A program made the translations under genes and the position numbers. This document shows, piece by piece, positions 43,127 through 57,165 of a stretch of 64,000 bases of DNA. Below the pieces are notes generated by a model, which saw only the letters and a list, made by a program, of their open reading frames with translations, ran no database searches and had not been told where the DNA came from. How positions within the stretch are numbered: the first letter of the stretch is position 1; each line of letters begins with the position of its first letter. The stretch lies in contig OZ024743.1 of NCBI GenBank assembly GCA_964016885.1, forward strand, positions 620,001-684,000, given 5' to 3'. The stretch comes from Eledone cirrhosa. Taxonomy: Eukaryota.

Positions 43127-44066
43127 ATTGAGGTTAAAGCTAATGACATTCCATCTTTTAAGTGTGTCATCCAATCCACTGGTGAAATGGAGGTTGGTGA
43201 AGGTCAGCAGAAAAAAAGGAAGAATACAAATAAAAAGAAAAAACAGCTTTGCCAGAAGTATTCGTTAAAAGGCGTTAAGTAATCATGGCTCCTGGAAATA
43301 CAGGCTCATCATAACCAATTCTACAGCACTACATGATATAATATATGAATTGGAGGATGGAAACGAATGCAATATATGGATGAACATGGAAATATATGAA
43401 TGCTACCGAGAGATCCCTGATAATAAACTGTGACTTTATAACAACAAGAATTATATTTCCAGGTTTTGTGATTGTTTTGCTGATAAAGGCACAGAAGAAA
43501 TGCTTATGAAGCATGCTGGTGTTCCGCGCAAAGTATATAATTCATTGTGGCTGAGCAGCTACAGGAACGTTCCCTCTACCAGCTATTAACGAAAGAGCTC
43601 AAAGATTTTGTCATTCAGTACCATGTAGCGTTATTTCTCCCTGAGAATGTCCGACCTCCTTTGGCTCCGAATGTAAGCTCATTTTTTCAGTCATCACTTT
43701 AGTCACAAGCTGGATGCTACAGAATTATCAAAAGTAGGTACCGGTTCGAAATTTACTTCAGTTCTTGTGGTGAGCTCTTTCAATTTTGCCATTACTCATA
43801 ACATCGGACATTATCACGGAAGTTGGTTCGTATCCCACCCCTAATTATCATGTAGTGTTTAGCATTTTGCCAGGACTAAACATTATTTTATTAAATTATC
43901 TAATACACAAAATCAAATATGTCTTGACTCATTCGACAGTTACTTATCTAAATTTCATTCTTACACAATATACATAATGTATATGTATATACATTACAAA
44001 CCACACACGCACTCACACAAATACGTTTGTGTGTCTGTATGTATAAGTGAGTGTGCGCATATATAT

Positions 44067-44177
<111 letters not shown>

Positions 44178-44444
44178 ATATGTATATTCATATATATATA
44201 CACACGTGATTATATACACACACAGGCATTCATAGAGTATTTGCTACTCATATCAGTCAGAAGCATGAGATTTCTATGGGAAGTCACAAATCTATTATTT
44301 TTCCTCAAGGATAAACTGAATGCACCTATCGACAGTGGAACAATTATATCTGTGTGCGAGTGAATGTGTGCATAATATGTTAATTTCCTAGAGTGTATAT
44401 ATGTATATTCTCCCTCTGTTTCTTCTCTCTCTCTCTATCTCTCT

Positions 44445-44485
<41 letters not shown>

Positions 44486-44508
44486 TATGTATAAATATAT
44501 ATATATAC

Positions 44509-44550
<42 letters not shown>

Positions 44551-44597
44551 GTATATGTATACATATATATATGTGTGTATGTATATATATATATATA

Positions 44598-45178
44598 CAT
44601 ATATATGGATGTATATATAATGTATTTTGCAATACACTTTATGCTTAATTAAAAGCATTTTGAAGACCGTAAGCTATTGTTTTAAAGTAGTGACAAATTC
44701 ACTCACTTTGATCTCAGCAAACAGGGGAGATAAGCCGACAAGACTTGTTTCGCTTTAGTTGAAGCTTATCAAGGCCAACTACCCCACCTGTTTGCTGAGA
44801 TCATTGATGTTATATTCTTATAGAAATCTAGTAAATAATCAGGAGCTGATTATGCAGAGCGGTTGTTGGTCAGGCAGAAATTAAAAATTAGAATTGGAGC
44901 TCTGAAATAGCAATATATATATGGATGTATATATAATGTATTTTGCAATACACTTTATGCTTAATTAAAAGCATTTTGAAAACCGTAAGCTATTGTTTTA
45001 AAGTAGCAAACAGGGGAGATAAGCCTGTTTGCTGAGATCAAAGTGAGTGAATTTGTCACTACTTTAAAACAATAGCTTACGGTCTTCAAAATGCTTTTAA
45101 TTAAGCATAAAGTGTATTGCAAAATACATTATATATACATCCATATATATATTGCTATTTCAGAGCTCCAATTCTAAT
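44598..45178. mobile_element. ~317-bp unit, 1.3 tandem copies plus an inverted partial copy, in (TA)n; degenerate hammerhead on the minus strand at ~44733-44776
   Basis: Direct repeat 44604/44921; inversion at 45024-45178; minus strand GGCC-TTGATAA-GCTT CAACTA AAGC-GAAACAAG T CTTGTC-GGCT. Confidence 0.8.
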
Positions 45179-45184
45179 ACATAT

Positions 45185-45323
<139 letters not shown>

Positions 45324-45550
45324 TATATATATATATATTTAAAAAATAGAGAGAGACAGAGAGTGAGAGAGGAAATTATGCACACATTCACTCGCACACA
45401 GATATAATCGTTTCACTGTCGATAGGTGCATGAATGGTTTACATTCAGTTTATCATATATTTATATGTGTGTATATATGTATATATATATATATAAATAT
45501 GTGTATGTAAATATATGTAAATGTGTATGTGTATATATATATATATATAT

Positions 45551-45842
45551 ATAAAAGAAAAAAGATGAAATCGAAAATGCAACTGGAGTCTTATTTAAAA
45601 AAATATATATATATTTATTTGGTTCCTTTACCGGTTTCGCAGTTCTTCTGCTTTTCAAAAGTAGAGTTGAGATGGAGGGTCTGTGGGTTTTTTCACATCT
45701 GAGAAAAACCACAGACCCTCCATCTCAACTCTACTTTTGAAAAGCAGAAGAACTGCGAAACCGGTAAAGGAACCAAATATATATATATATTTTAAAAAAT
45801 AAGACTCCAGTTGCATTTTCGATTTCATCTTCTTTTCTTTAT
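45551..45842. repeat. Palindrome, ~140-bp arms, each with a degenerate hammerhead
   Basis: Arms are reverse complements around ~45696; CTT-TTGAAAA-GCAG AAGAA CTGC-GAAACCGGTA-AAG. Confidence 0.9.
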
Positions 45843-45909
45843 ACTTTCACTCGTGTAGGACACCTCGCTTATTTTTCATTTAGAAAAAAAAACCTCCCTT
45901 TCTAATATA

Positions 45910-45980
<71 letters not shown>

Positions 45981-46084
45981 CTCCAAGTATCGAGTACTCG
46001 GGTCTGTAATGGTCTAACTGGTTTTTAACACCTCCAATCTGATATATATATATATATGTTTGTGAGACTGTGTGTGTGTGTGTT

Positions 46085-46137
<53 letters not shown>

Positions 46138-46402
46138 ATACATATACTGTGTGAAAGTTGTGTATATATATATTCAACTGTATGAAAATTGCAAACTTGA
46201 CTGTCACCACAGAATATGACCCTGAAGATTGCGAAAGCATGAAAGTACTTGTTCAATTAACACTTAACATTTAATATTCTACCATACTATTTCATTCTAA
46301 TACCATTATACATTTTAAAGGATTGTAAATAAAACGAGTAAATCAGACAAAGTTGGAATTCATTTTATTAATATAATCTTCTATACACAATCATACACAC
46401 CC

Positions 46403-46448
<46 letters not shown>

Positions 46449-47226
46449 GGAAAAAATGAAACGAAATTTCATTTCCCACTCTTAATACGGCTGTTACTTA
46501 AATATAAGTATGTACACGTACATACATATATGTATACAGACGTACAGTAGTATGTATATATATATATACATACATGCACACATATATATATATATGTACG
46601 TATGGATTCACCGAACATTTATTATAATGCTCGGTGTGCTTGTACACAAACATCCCGTATTAAGCCGTAGTGTCCAGCAACCATCGTTGCTCGTTTGTTC
46701 AACACTGACAAAGGAACGCTGTACTAGTTTCATGCTTATTAGCTATCGTCAGCAACGTATACCTTCCTGCCAGATTGTTGAACGTATATACTTAGCTTAT
46801 GCATATTAACGGCTGAGTAGCCCAATTTGCATATCGAGTGGGTATATAATCGGCCGGGTATATATATGGGTGTGTGTGTATATATGTATATATATACATA
46901 TATACCTACACATTTCTGTGCATTCAACTTAATTATGCTGACGATGGATTTGTAATGATGTTCTCCGCTGTTGATCAGGTTCAGTGAAGACGTTTATCTA
47001 ATTTCCTTTTGATTGAAATCATGCTATAAATTTTAAGCAGTCAGTTTTAGCTAATTGACACATACACGCACACGCGCACACACGTTCACACGTAGACATG
47101 TACACACTCAGTCGGTACGCAGCAAACAAATTATATATTTTTAAGGATACTCTTCAAAATTTCCCCCGTCCTATTGTGGGAAATCTTCAAAGCGAAGCGA
47201 TATTGTTTCTCTCTCTCTCTCTCTCT

Positions 47227-47350
<124 letters not shown>

Positions 47351-47376
47351 AAATTTATATATATATATATATATAT

Positions 47377-47448
<72 letters not shown>

Positions 47449-48472
47449 CCTATCTATCTACCTATCTATATATCTATCAATTTATCTGCCTGTCTGTTTG
47501 TTTGTCTCTCTCTATATATTTACTTCGCTTTCTCTGATGTATGGCCATGAAGGGAGACCTTTATATCTTCATGTAATAAGATTCATGATCAAAGTACTTG
47601 CAACAAAGTGAACTCATATGATGTTGTTAAACCGGTCAATGAAATAATCATTTCACCCACGGATAGGTACCGTCCATTGTACGGGCTTCTGCAGTTTCCA
47701 CCTTGAATCTTATTCACAAGTCTTGGCTGACCCAACGTAACCGTCGAAGATGATTGCTTCGGACTCTGCAGACCAGGATCGAACCCGGAACCACAGTGAA
47801 ATGGTAAGCCTTTGAACATGGCCTTTCTCGAAAGTATTTTGTATCACATTTTCATTTTGAAAGTTGTGTAAATCCTCTAAATGTGCAACGTAATTTAGTA
47901 TCAGCAGCTGTACGGTCTTCCCCTCGTATTAGGATCCAAATACTGACAGTTTGGTATTGAAAGGGCATTATATCCCTAATATAGGGATCTACATATCATA
48001 GATATCCACTCATTAGAAATAAATCTTGAACTTTCTATCGTATATAACACCAGTATGAAGTTTCTTAAAATCATGATAAAGGGCAGACTAGTCCGTTATT
48101 GAATATCAACCTGGGACATTATCACAGAACTAAAATTGAGATCACTGCCACTGTTAAACCATATTTCCTCAGTAGTGCTATAAATGGATTGAAAATGGAT
48201 TATCACTTCGAAATTATAAATTCATATTAAAGGGTATGAGGCATAGTCGTGTGTGGATCGTAACTGTATTGTGTCATTGGGCAAGGTACTTTATTTAACA
48301 TTACTCCAACTCACCCAGCTGGAGAAATCAGTTGTGATGTCCCTGGTGCCAAGTTTTATCAGCCTTTGCCTTTCTCCTGGACCATATCGAGTGCCTGAAT
48401 AGGGGACACTGGTATGTATTGGCGAGTCCTAATCTTTCGTGACCGAAGCGGTGCTTTTACCCTTACACACTC

Positions 48473-48548
<76 letters not shown>

Positions 48549-48554
48549 TTATAT

Positions 48555-50251
48555 ATTGGAATAAATGCTCTGAAATAGCGATATATATGTGAATATAGAC
48601 ATAGAATATTCGAAAATATTCTGTATGTTTATAATAAACATTTTGAAGACCTAATCGCTATAGAATAGAATACGTCACGTATTACAATTAGATTCTCGAT
48701 AAAAGCAAGGGAAGTAATCTACGCGTTTCATTCTTGTTAGAAATCATCAGGACCACATATCCAGTGCTCTTATCGAGAATGACACAGCTAGAGACTTATA
48801 GAATACTTAGCTGTGTACAGGAACTGGTTTGAAAGAGCGGTTGCCGGTCCGGCAGAAATTAGAAATTGGAATAAATGCTCTGAAATAGCGATATATATGT
48901 GAATATAGACATAGAATATTCGAAAATATTCTGTATGTTTATAATAAACATTTTGAAGACCTAATCGCTATAGAATAGAATACGTCACGTATTACAATTA
49001 GATTCTCGATAAAAGCAAGGGAAGTAATCTACGCGTTTCATTCTTGTTAGAAATCATCAGGACCACATATCCAGTGCTCTTATCGAGAATGACACAGCTA
49101 GAGACTTATAGAATACTTAGCTGTGTACAGGAACTGGTTTGAAAGAGCGGTTGCCGGTCCGGCAGAAATTAGAAATTGGAATAAATGCTCTGAAATAGCG
49201 ATATATATGTGAATATAGACATAGAATATTCGAAAATATTCTGTATGTTTATAATAAACATTTTGAAGACCTAATCGCTATAGAATAGAATACGTCACGT
49301 ATTACAATTAGATTCTCGATAAAAGCAAGGGAAGTAATCTACGCGTTTCATTCTTGTTAGAAATCATCAGGACCACATATCCAGTGCTCTTATCGAGAAT
49401 GACACAGCTAGAGACTTATAGAATACTTAGCTGTGTACAGGAACTGGTTTGAAAGAGCGGTTGCCGGTCCGGCAGAAATTAGAAATTGGAATAAATGCTC
49501 TGAAATAGCGATATATATGTGAATATAGACATAGAATATTCGAAAATATTCTGTATGTTTATAATAAACATTTTGAAGACCTAATCGCTATAGAATAGAA
49601 TACGTCACGTATTACAATTAGATTCTCGATATTCACATATATATCGCTATTTCAGAGCATTTATTCCAATTTCTAATTTCTGCCGGACCGGCAACCGCTC
49701 TTTCAAACCAGTTCCTGTACACAGCTAAGTATTCTATAAGTCTCTAGCTGTGTCATTCTCGATAAGAGCACTGGATATGTGGTCCTGATGATTTCTAACA
49801 AGAATGAAACGCGTAGATTACTTCCCTTGCTTTTATCGAGAATCTAATTGTAATACGTGACGTATTCTATTCTATAGCGATTAGGTCTTCAAAATGTTTA
49901 TTATAAACATACAGAATATTTTCGAATATTCTATGTCTATATTCACATATATATCGCTATTTCAGAGCATTTATTCCAATTTCTAATTTCTGCCGGACCG
50001 GCAACCGCTCTTTCAAACCAGTTCCTGTACACAGCTAAGTATTCTATAAGTCTCTAGCTGTGTCATTCTCGATAAGAGCACTGGATATGTGGTCCTGATG
50101 ATTTCTAACAAGAATGAAACGCGTAGATTACTTCCCTTGCTTTTATCGAGAATCTAATTGTAATACGTGACGTATTCTATTCTATAGCGATTAGGTCTTC
50201 AAAATGTTTATTATAAACATACAGAATATTTTCGAATATTCTATGTCTATA
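48555..50251. mobile_element. Retrozyme-like array: ~3.5 direct copies of a 310-bp unit followed by 2 inverted copies, flanked by (TA)n
   Basis: ATAAATGCTC recurs at 48561, 48871, 49181, 49491; orientation flips at ~49630; inverted units start at 49631 and 49941; copies look identical. Confidence 0.95.
49779..49821 (+). ncRNA. Type I hammerhead ribozyme, one per 310-bp unit (also + 50089-50131; - 48714-48756, 49024-49066, 49334-49376)
   Basis: GTGGTC-CTGATGA-T TTCT AACA AGAA T-GAAAC GC GTA-GATTAC; palindromic ACGCGT stem III; enclosed by a 16-bp outer helix ATTCTCGATAAGAGCA/TGCTTTTATCGAGAAT. Confidence 0.85.
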
Positions 50252-51301
50252 TACTTATATATATATATATTTCTGTCATATTTTCCGTCTTAAGACGCTT
50301 ATGTCACACTCTTTTGCTGTCCTAGTCAATAGACACGCCTCTCTATTCCTATGTTTTTTGTTATTGTGTAGTTCATATGCACCTTCCCGGCGCATTGTTT
50401 AAGCCGTTGAACAACCTGGTCTCAGTATTAAGTAATACTACCTTTACGCACGAAATTAATAAACCACAGATTTAGCATGTAAATGCGTAATATGTTAACG
50501 CTAGTAAAATTTATAAAGCTTAAAAGTTCAGACTTTCATAAAAAGAGTGTAGTCGGATGTCAGTGTTTAAAAAATAGACTCTGCTGCCTACCAAATTTGA
50601 GAGGTAAAAGACTGAGAGATTGGCTGAAAAGAAACGAACGCCGAGATAACGATAGTGAAAGATCAAAGAAGAAATAGAGCAGAGAGGGGACCGAGCAAAT
50701 GAAAACAGCAGCTTATCGAAAAATGACGCTTTGTAACATATATATGTGCGTGTGTTTCTGTATGTGTGTATGTGTGCATCTGTACGTGTGTGTGTGTGTG
50801 TGTAAAACACTGAAAAATCCCTATATATATATAAAATAATAATAATGAAAATTATTGTGTACAGTGCCTACTCAAGTGCAACTTTATCATAACATATTTG
50901 TTCTATATAAAATGTGATTCCATTCCTGGGTGGGACTGGCGTATGAAAGAACATTCAAGAATATATGCTTGTTTCATACTATTGTTGGCGGTTGTGTTGA
51001 AGAGAAAGGGTTACTTATTCCTTATTCTTACATTCTGTCATAATCATGTTTATAATTTACTATATTCAGATATTGTTACATAACCACTTCTCTACCGAAG
51101 AGATTACAAACTCATTTATTTATCTACATACATTTATAACTATTTGCCTACGTACTTTCTTACTTAGTTGCATATCTCACCGTCACCTACGTTTTCGAAC
51201 TGTCTAACAATTTACCTACATACGTACATACATACATACATACATACATACATACATACATACATACATACATACATACATACATACATACATACATACA
51301 T

Positions 51302-52703
51302 AAAGAATTGACCAATTTACAGAAAAAGTTGTGCATGGATACTTGAGACGTAAAACACAGACCATAGAGGGGATAAACCACTCAAAAAGCCTGGCATTGA
51401 GTTCCGACAGGTTTATGACATCATACCTTGAGGGATATCTCTATGCAATACAGGAACAAGAACTCCCTACCAAATATCTGCTGCACAAAAGGGGAGGGCC
51501 ATCAGCTGACAATAAATGTAGGCTATGTAAAACAAAGATTGAGGATGTAAGCCACATTGTTGCCAGCTGCGAAAGAATGTCATCTCGCTACTACCTCCCC
51601 ATGAGACACGATGGGATAGCTAGAACCATCTGGAACGCACTTCGGAAAACAAAATTAACAACAAACGAGGAAGAATATATTGAGACAAATGGCACTAAGG
51701 AATACTGGTGGAACCTGAAAATAAAAACTGCCACCAAATTAAAGCACAACCGGCTTGATATTTATATTTGGGACCACACATTGAAAACGTGTTCTGTTGT
51801 GGAGATCAGCTGCCCACTTGTATAAACGTTGTCAGAAAAATACAGGAGAAGGAGGACATCTACGGACCATTGATGAGGAGTTTACAAATCCAGTATCCAA
51901 GATACACCATTAGCTTCATAGCCATCATTATTGGAGCTACCAACCCGCTTGGACCAAAGTATGACCAAACTTGGATTTGCGGACAAAGAGCGCAGCTCCC
52001 TAACTCATAGTCTGCAAATGGTTGCGATAGCTGGCACCTTCAAAATTTGTAAAATATTCTTGCGATTCAAGGGATGACAATTTCTTTTCTCTTACAAGCT
52101 TGTCACCAGGAAGGTGGCCGGAACCAAAAAATATACTCGAAATTAAGAGAAAGAAATAACATACATACAAAGCATGCACAGTAGTGGAAGTTAGCTGCCC
52201 AGCATATATCAATATAAGATTAAAGATTAACACAAAATGAGAATATCTATACAGAACCGATGAGAAATCTGCAGATACTCCACCCTGACTATACCTTCAG
52301 ATTTATACCTATGATTATTGGGGCACTGGAATATGTTAGTAATTGCCTCAGCACAAATATTGAGAAGCTGGGCGTCAGAGAAACAGAAAGAACATCACTA
52401 TTTTGAAAATTACAAGTACAATCCATTAATGGAACACCAAAAATATGTGAAACATTACAAAAATTCTGCATCTAATAACTCAATGTACACATGTACAGAT
52501 ACAAAGCATATACACATGCACACCTATAACTCAAAACATACACCTCTACACATACAATAACATCCATACCTGCACACACATGCAGACATGTAGACATATC
52601 TACTTAGTTGATGTTGTGTATATTCCAATGAGAGAGTCCTGTATCTACGTTAGAAACTGACTCTCTCTATTAGTAAAAAATTGTGAAATTATATAACCAG
52701 AAG
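51302..52703 (+). mobile_element. 5'-truncated RLE-type non-LTR retrotransposon (R4/Dong-like), decayed, in (TACA)n
   Basis: HGYL..EGYLYAIQEQELPT..CRLC..EDVSHIVASC..RHDGIA..HNRLDI..VVEISCP (CCHC knuckle + PD-(D/E)xK-type region); second diverged C-terminal segment at ~52120-52470; (TACA)n at both ends. Confidence 0.85.
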
Positions 52704-53195
52704 AACATACATACCTCTCTCCATACCTATCTATAGTCTGGCATTTTAATTTATATACAGTCTAAATTTCAAACTCCTTTAATATATAGAAAGATACGTA
52801 CGCAGAGTCGTAACAGTTGCCTAGATACCCCCCAAAATGAACAGGTGCATATGAATTGAATATTGTTTGTCATGTCTAGTCGATCAGCGCTGATCTACGT
52901 CAAACAACAATTGATCTTAGAACCAACTTACCTACTTGTTAACCTTCTTAGTTTCTTATCTATGTAACTACCAACTTATGAAATTGTTCAAATATCCTCA
53001 CCCTATTAATGTGTCTAAATTTATCCTATCTAACTATAACTACTGACATCATTATGAAACTCCATACTTATCTATCGATCCACCTACCTATAAACTACTT
53101 ACCTGCGTATCGCCCTGCCTACCTGTCTACCTATTTGTCTACCTACCTACGTACTCACCTGACTACATGCATGCATACATATCTACTTACCTACC

Positions 53196-53226
<31 letters not shown>

Positions 53227-54062
53227 GGTGGCTGCCAACTCGTTTTCGAGTACGGCCACTACTTTATATCCATGTAGGAGAACCCCTACCAATGCGCTGA
53301 ACGAGTGTGACTTGTTAGTCCAGCCAGCGACTTGAAAACTCTGGTACAAACACTACACTTGTGACAATTGTTGACACATAGTCCTGGGCCCTTGGTACCA
53401 TTTGACGACAAGTGCAGAGAGATCTCCAGATATAAAGCAATGCCTGTGCAGTGAAGCTTTTATAGTGAGCAAAGGCACTGCACAAAGCCAGTCCCACTCT
53501 CTTAACCAAGATGATATTTACCAAAAAGAAGAACAAGTCAACATCATTGGATACCATCAGGGTTGCAGGTGTTATATCAGAGTTTTTCTTCTAGAATTCT
53601 GCCTTGACAAAGGCTAAAGGATCATCTCTCCCGGTGATTTTGGATGGCCATTGACTCTTAAGAGCTCCTTTGCTCTTTGATAGGTTTTGTTTTTAGTCCT
53701 GCAGGATGTCCAAAGTCATCCTCCTCACCTACATACATACATACATACAACAACACAAAAAAATGCCATCGCATATTTCAAAGATAGAAAGAAAGATTAC
53801 TGACCTATCTAAAACACTTGATCATGTGGCAATGCTTATCAGATGTAAACAAAAAACATATATATAAACATGGTTTAAATTATCCCAGAGTCTCCGAAAT
53901 TGGGGGGAATGCATGGCAAACTAACTAAAACAAGAGAATTTCGATCGCATCATATCTTCGAATTAAGACAGCTTTGACATAAGTTAAACTATGTTTGTAT
54001 AATTCTCTGATCTAGACATTTCGAGTTGTCCCATGTATTAATTACAATTGTTGTATAATATA

Positions 54063-54916
54063 CTAGCTGCAGTACCCGGTAATACCCGGGAAATGTGGGG
54101 TTATTCGCAGTTCCCAGAGTGCGCCGGAAATTGTTAGCGGCCCTGGGTGCCCATACTGGATTTTCAATAGCAAACTTTGCTAGGTGTGTTTATGGCGGAT
54201 CAACTTTTTGTGTGGAACTATCAATAGCTGTTTAAGTCCTTCTTCCATCCAGCTTTCTTCATTCAGAGTGAATAAGCTGGGGAATTTTGAGCTCGAGGAG
54301 TATCGAACTTATTCAACAAATTTATACCGGGAGTACGAATATTCGTCAACATACGATTTGGGTTTTATTCTTTGGACTAATCTCATGGTAAGCCTACTTC
54401 CAGATCATTGATCATCACGCTTGTTTGTAACTTATCACTGATTCCTGCAGTTAACGTTAATGTGAACTGAGCGTATGCACGTGTTCAGAATCCATATCAG
54501 TGGATGTGATATATATATATATATATATATAATACAGAGATCTTTGTTTAGTCGTCAACCAAAATTAGATTGTCGTCTGCTTTCTTTGAAATTTCATTAT
54601 GTATACTTCTAATAAGTTGTTGCCTCGTTTTGGAGGACTGAGTTGTGGGAGGAGGAAGGGGACTAGTGGGAGGGAGGGTTTAACATACAGTAGTAGTATC
54701 TCCTCTTTCATTGAAATGAAACGGCTTCTCTTTCCTCTTCCATTGTAAAGATGTCCCGAGGTGTTCCTTTATTGATTTTGATTGAAATCCAATTAGCCAG
54801 TCCTGTTTCTGAATATTAGTTTAATATGTGTGTAATGTTTCATCACGATCGGATCACTGGTGTAGGCGCCAACTTGTTATATACACACAGACAGAAATTT
54901 CCATTTGTATAGTAGA
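54063..54916 (-). mobile_element. Non-autonomous Helitron (~850 bp)
   Basis: Minus strand starts A|TC.., ends with hairpin CCCGG GTATTA CCGGG about 8 nt before CTAG|T; no TSD; the 5' boundary is inferred. Confidence 0.65.
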
Positions 54917-55064
54917 TATAGACAAAGGTATTATGGAAAATTAATCTTCTTTTATCAAAGAACCGCATTTATTCACGTACTATCATCTCGAATGATATAT
55001 GACCTAGAAATATTCAAAGTTTGTATGTATATGTATATTTATATACATATATATAAATTTATAC

Positions 55065-55145
<81 letters not shown>

Positions 55146-55171
55146 GCTATCTATCTATCTATCTATCTATC

Positions 55172-55244
<73 letters not shown>

Positions 55245-56330
55245 ATAATAATAAATTTGAAGACTAAAATCCAAAGAGGGCTCGTTAAGGATAAATATAT
55301 ATCAAAGATACAAGAACCGTAGAGCAAATATTTATTAAAATAACAGATTAAAGTTTAAGCAAAGAATCGCTGCTTTCACCCTTAATGGGATATTCTGAAA
55401 CTAACAAAGTCAATCTGTAAACGCAGAAGTGCATATTTCAAAAAACGTTGCAACCGGAGGAAGACAGGAAGACGATACTTTGGTTCGTGGAAACGTTCGC
55501 TGGCAAAGAACGAAAAAAAACGAATATAATACGTCATTAATAGGAGCGGTGAAAAACAATTACGCGCAAAGACAGAACCACGTTTATGGTATAAAAGAGG
55601 TCGTAGACTAATGTTCTCTTAGGTGGTTCATAGAGACGTTCTCTGGCAATGAACGAAAAAAACGAAGATAATACGTCATATGTGGATCGTGGAGAACACA
55701 ATGACAAAACCACGTAAATGGTATAGCAGAAGTCGTAGACTAAAATTCTAACTAGGAGACCGAATGAATCTCCGTTACAGAGTTAAGAACAAAGTAAATA
55801 AATACAATACAGAAGTAATAGAAATAAATAAATACATACACGCAAACAAATACGTACATACACAAGCATACGCAGAACACTTACCATCGGTATACAAAAC
55901 CACGCACATATAAATATGTGTGTGTGTGTATGCGTGTATACAAATAAATAAATAATTATATAAACGTATATAAATAAATAAATACGTATATAACAAGCGC
56001 ACACACATACCTACATGTAAATACACGAATGTTCGGAGACGTAAGTCAACCAAAACATGAAGTACACATATACACACACCCTAGATACGTACGAACCTGC
56101 ATACTCACACAGACGCAAAACTCCCGTATACACATAGCCAAACCATATGTACCAGAATATATAAAATTATACGCCATAACATAAACAATCAAATATACGT
56201 ACGAGAAGGTATACGTACCTTCACAAAACATACGGGTAAAATATACTTACCTATGCAAATAAGTAATGGTATAAACAAAACATACTTATCTCCCACATCA
56301 AGACGTAAAATATCCATGTATAAATCGTGC

Positions 56331-57165
56331 TATCCGTTAGGGTATAACGTGGGGCTGTAATACAAGAAAGTTTTGTGCAATTTATGTTTACAAGCCGAAA
56401 TTGCCTCAGATGTTTTGTTTAAGATGTGGTCTGTGGCGTAGAGTTTTTTCAGGGCCTCAGCGGCGCAGAGGTCTCATGGTCTTTTATTTCCGTTATACGA
56501 TCTAGCCCTAGCTAGGATCTCCTAGTGTAACTTATATTGGGTGTGGTTGTCTTTTAGACTCCAGATATAAGCTGAAAGTGACGTCATATTCCTTCTTAGA
56601 GGGTAACGAAAAGAATGGGTATGCATGTAAAGACGCTGCTTGAAGCTATTGGCGGTTAAGCCTATGTAGGCCCTACGGGACGTGGGTGTTACAACCTTAT
56701 ATTTGTAGAAAATGTTACTAGAGAGGCATTTCCCGGATAGGGGGCATCAACCCGAATCCTACAATTACAGTTAGTACTAACTACAGGGTTGCACATGTTC
56801 CTACGGCCAGGTAGTTTAGCTAAATTTGAAGCTGTGATGTTATGTGCAAGGTTAGGAGTCGTAGAGTAAGAAATTTTAATAGTATTTCTATTAAAAATGT
56901 TACTATACTTATGTGTAGGGGGAAATGCTTCGTAATAAAGGAAAGAAAGATCTTAGCTAATGGTGTGGCCACCTCCATATTATATGGTGGGTTATACCAA
57001 CAAATGCGACGGGATCTATTTCTTCTAGGTCTATTTTCGTACTCTGTATATGCTACCTTATCGACAAATCCACTTCGAGCAAGAGCTTCATTGTAATAAG
57101 TGGAATGGTCGTTGAAAATACGCTCGTTGGTGGAAAGACGGGAAAGCCTCAACGAAACGTTTAGC
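56331..57165 (-). pseudogene. PLE RT thumb + GIY-YIG endonuclease C-terminus (Naiad-like), frameshifted
   Basis: YNEALARSGF, RNRSRRICWYNPPY, KHFP, CNCR..CPLSGKC, IFY..AYIGLTANSFKQRLYMHTHSF, TSLSAYIWSLK, P(TGA)DLC..E, LNKTSEAISACKH. Confidence 0.85.
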
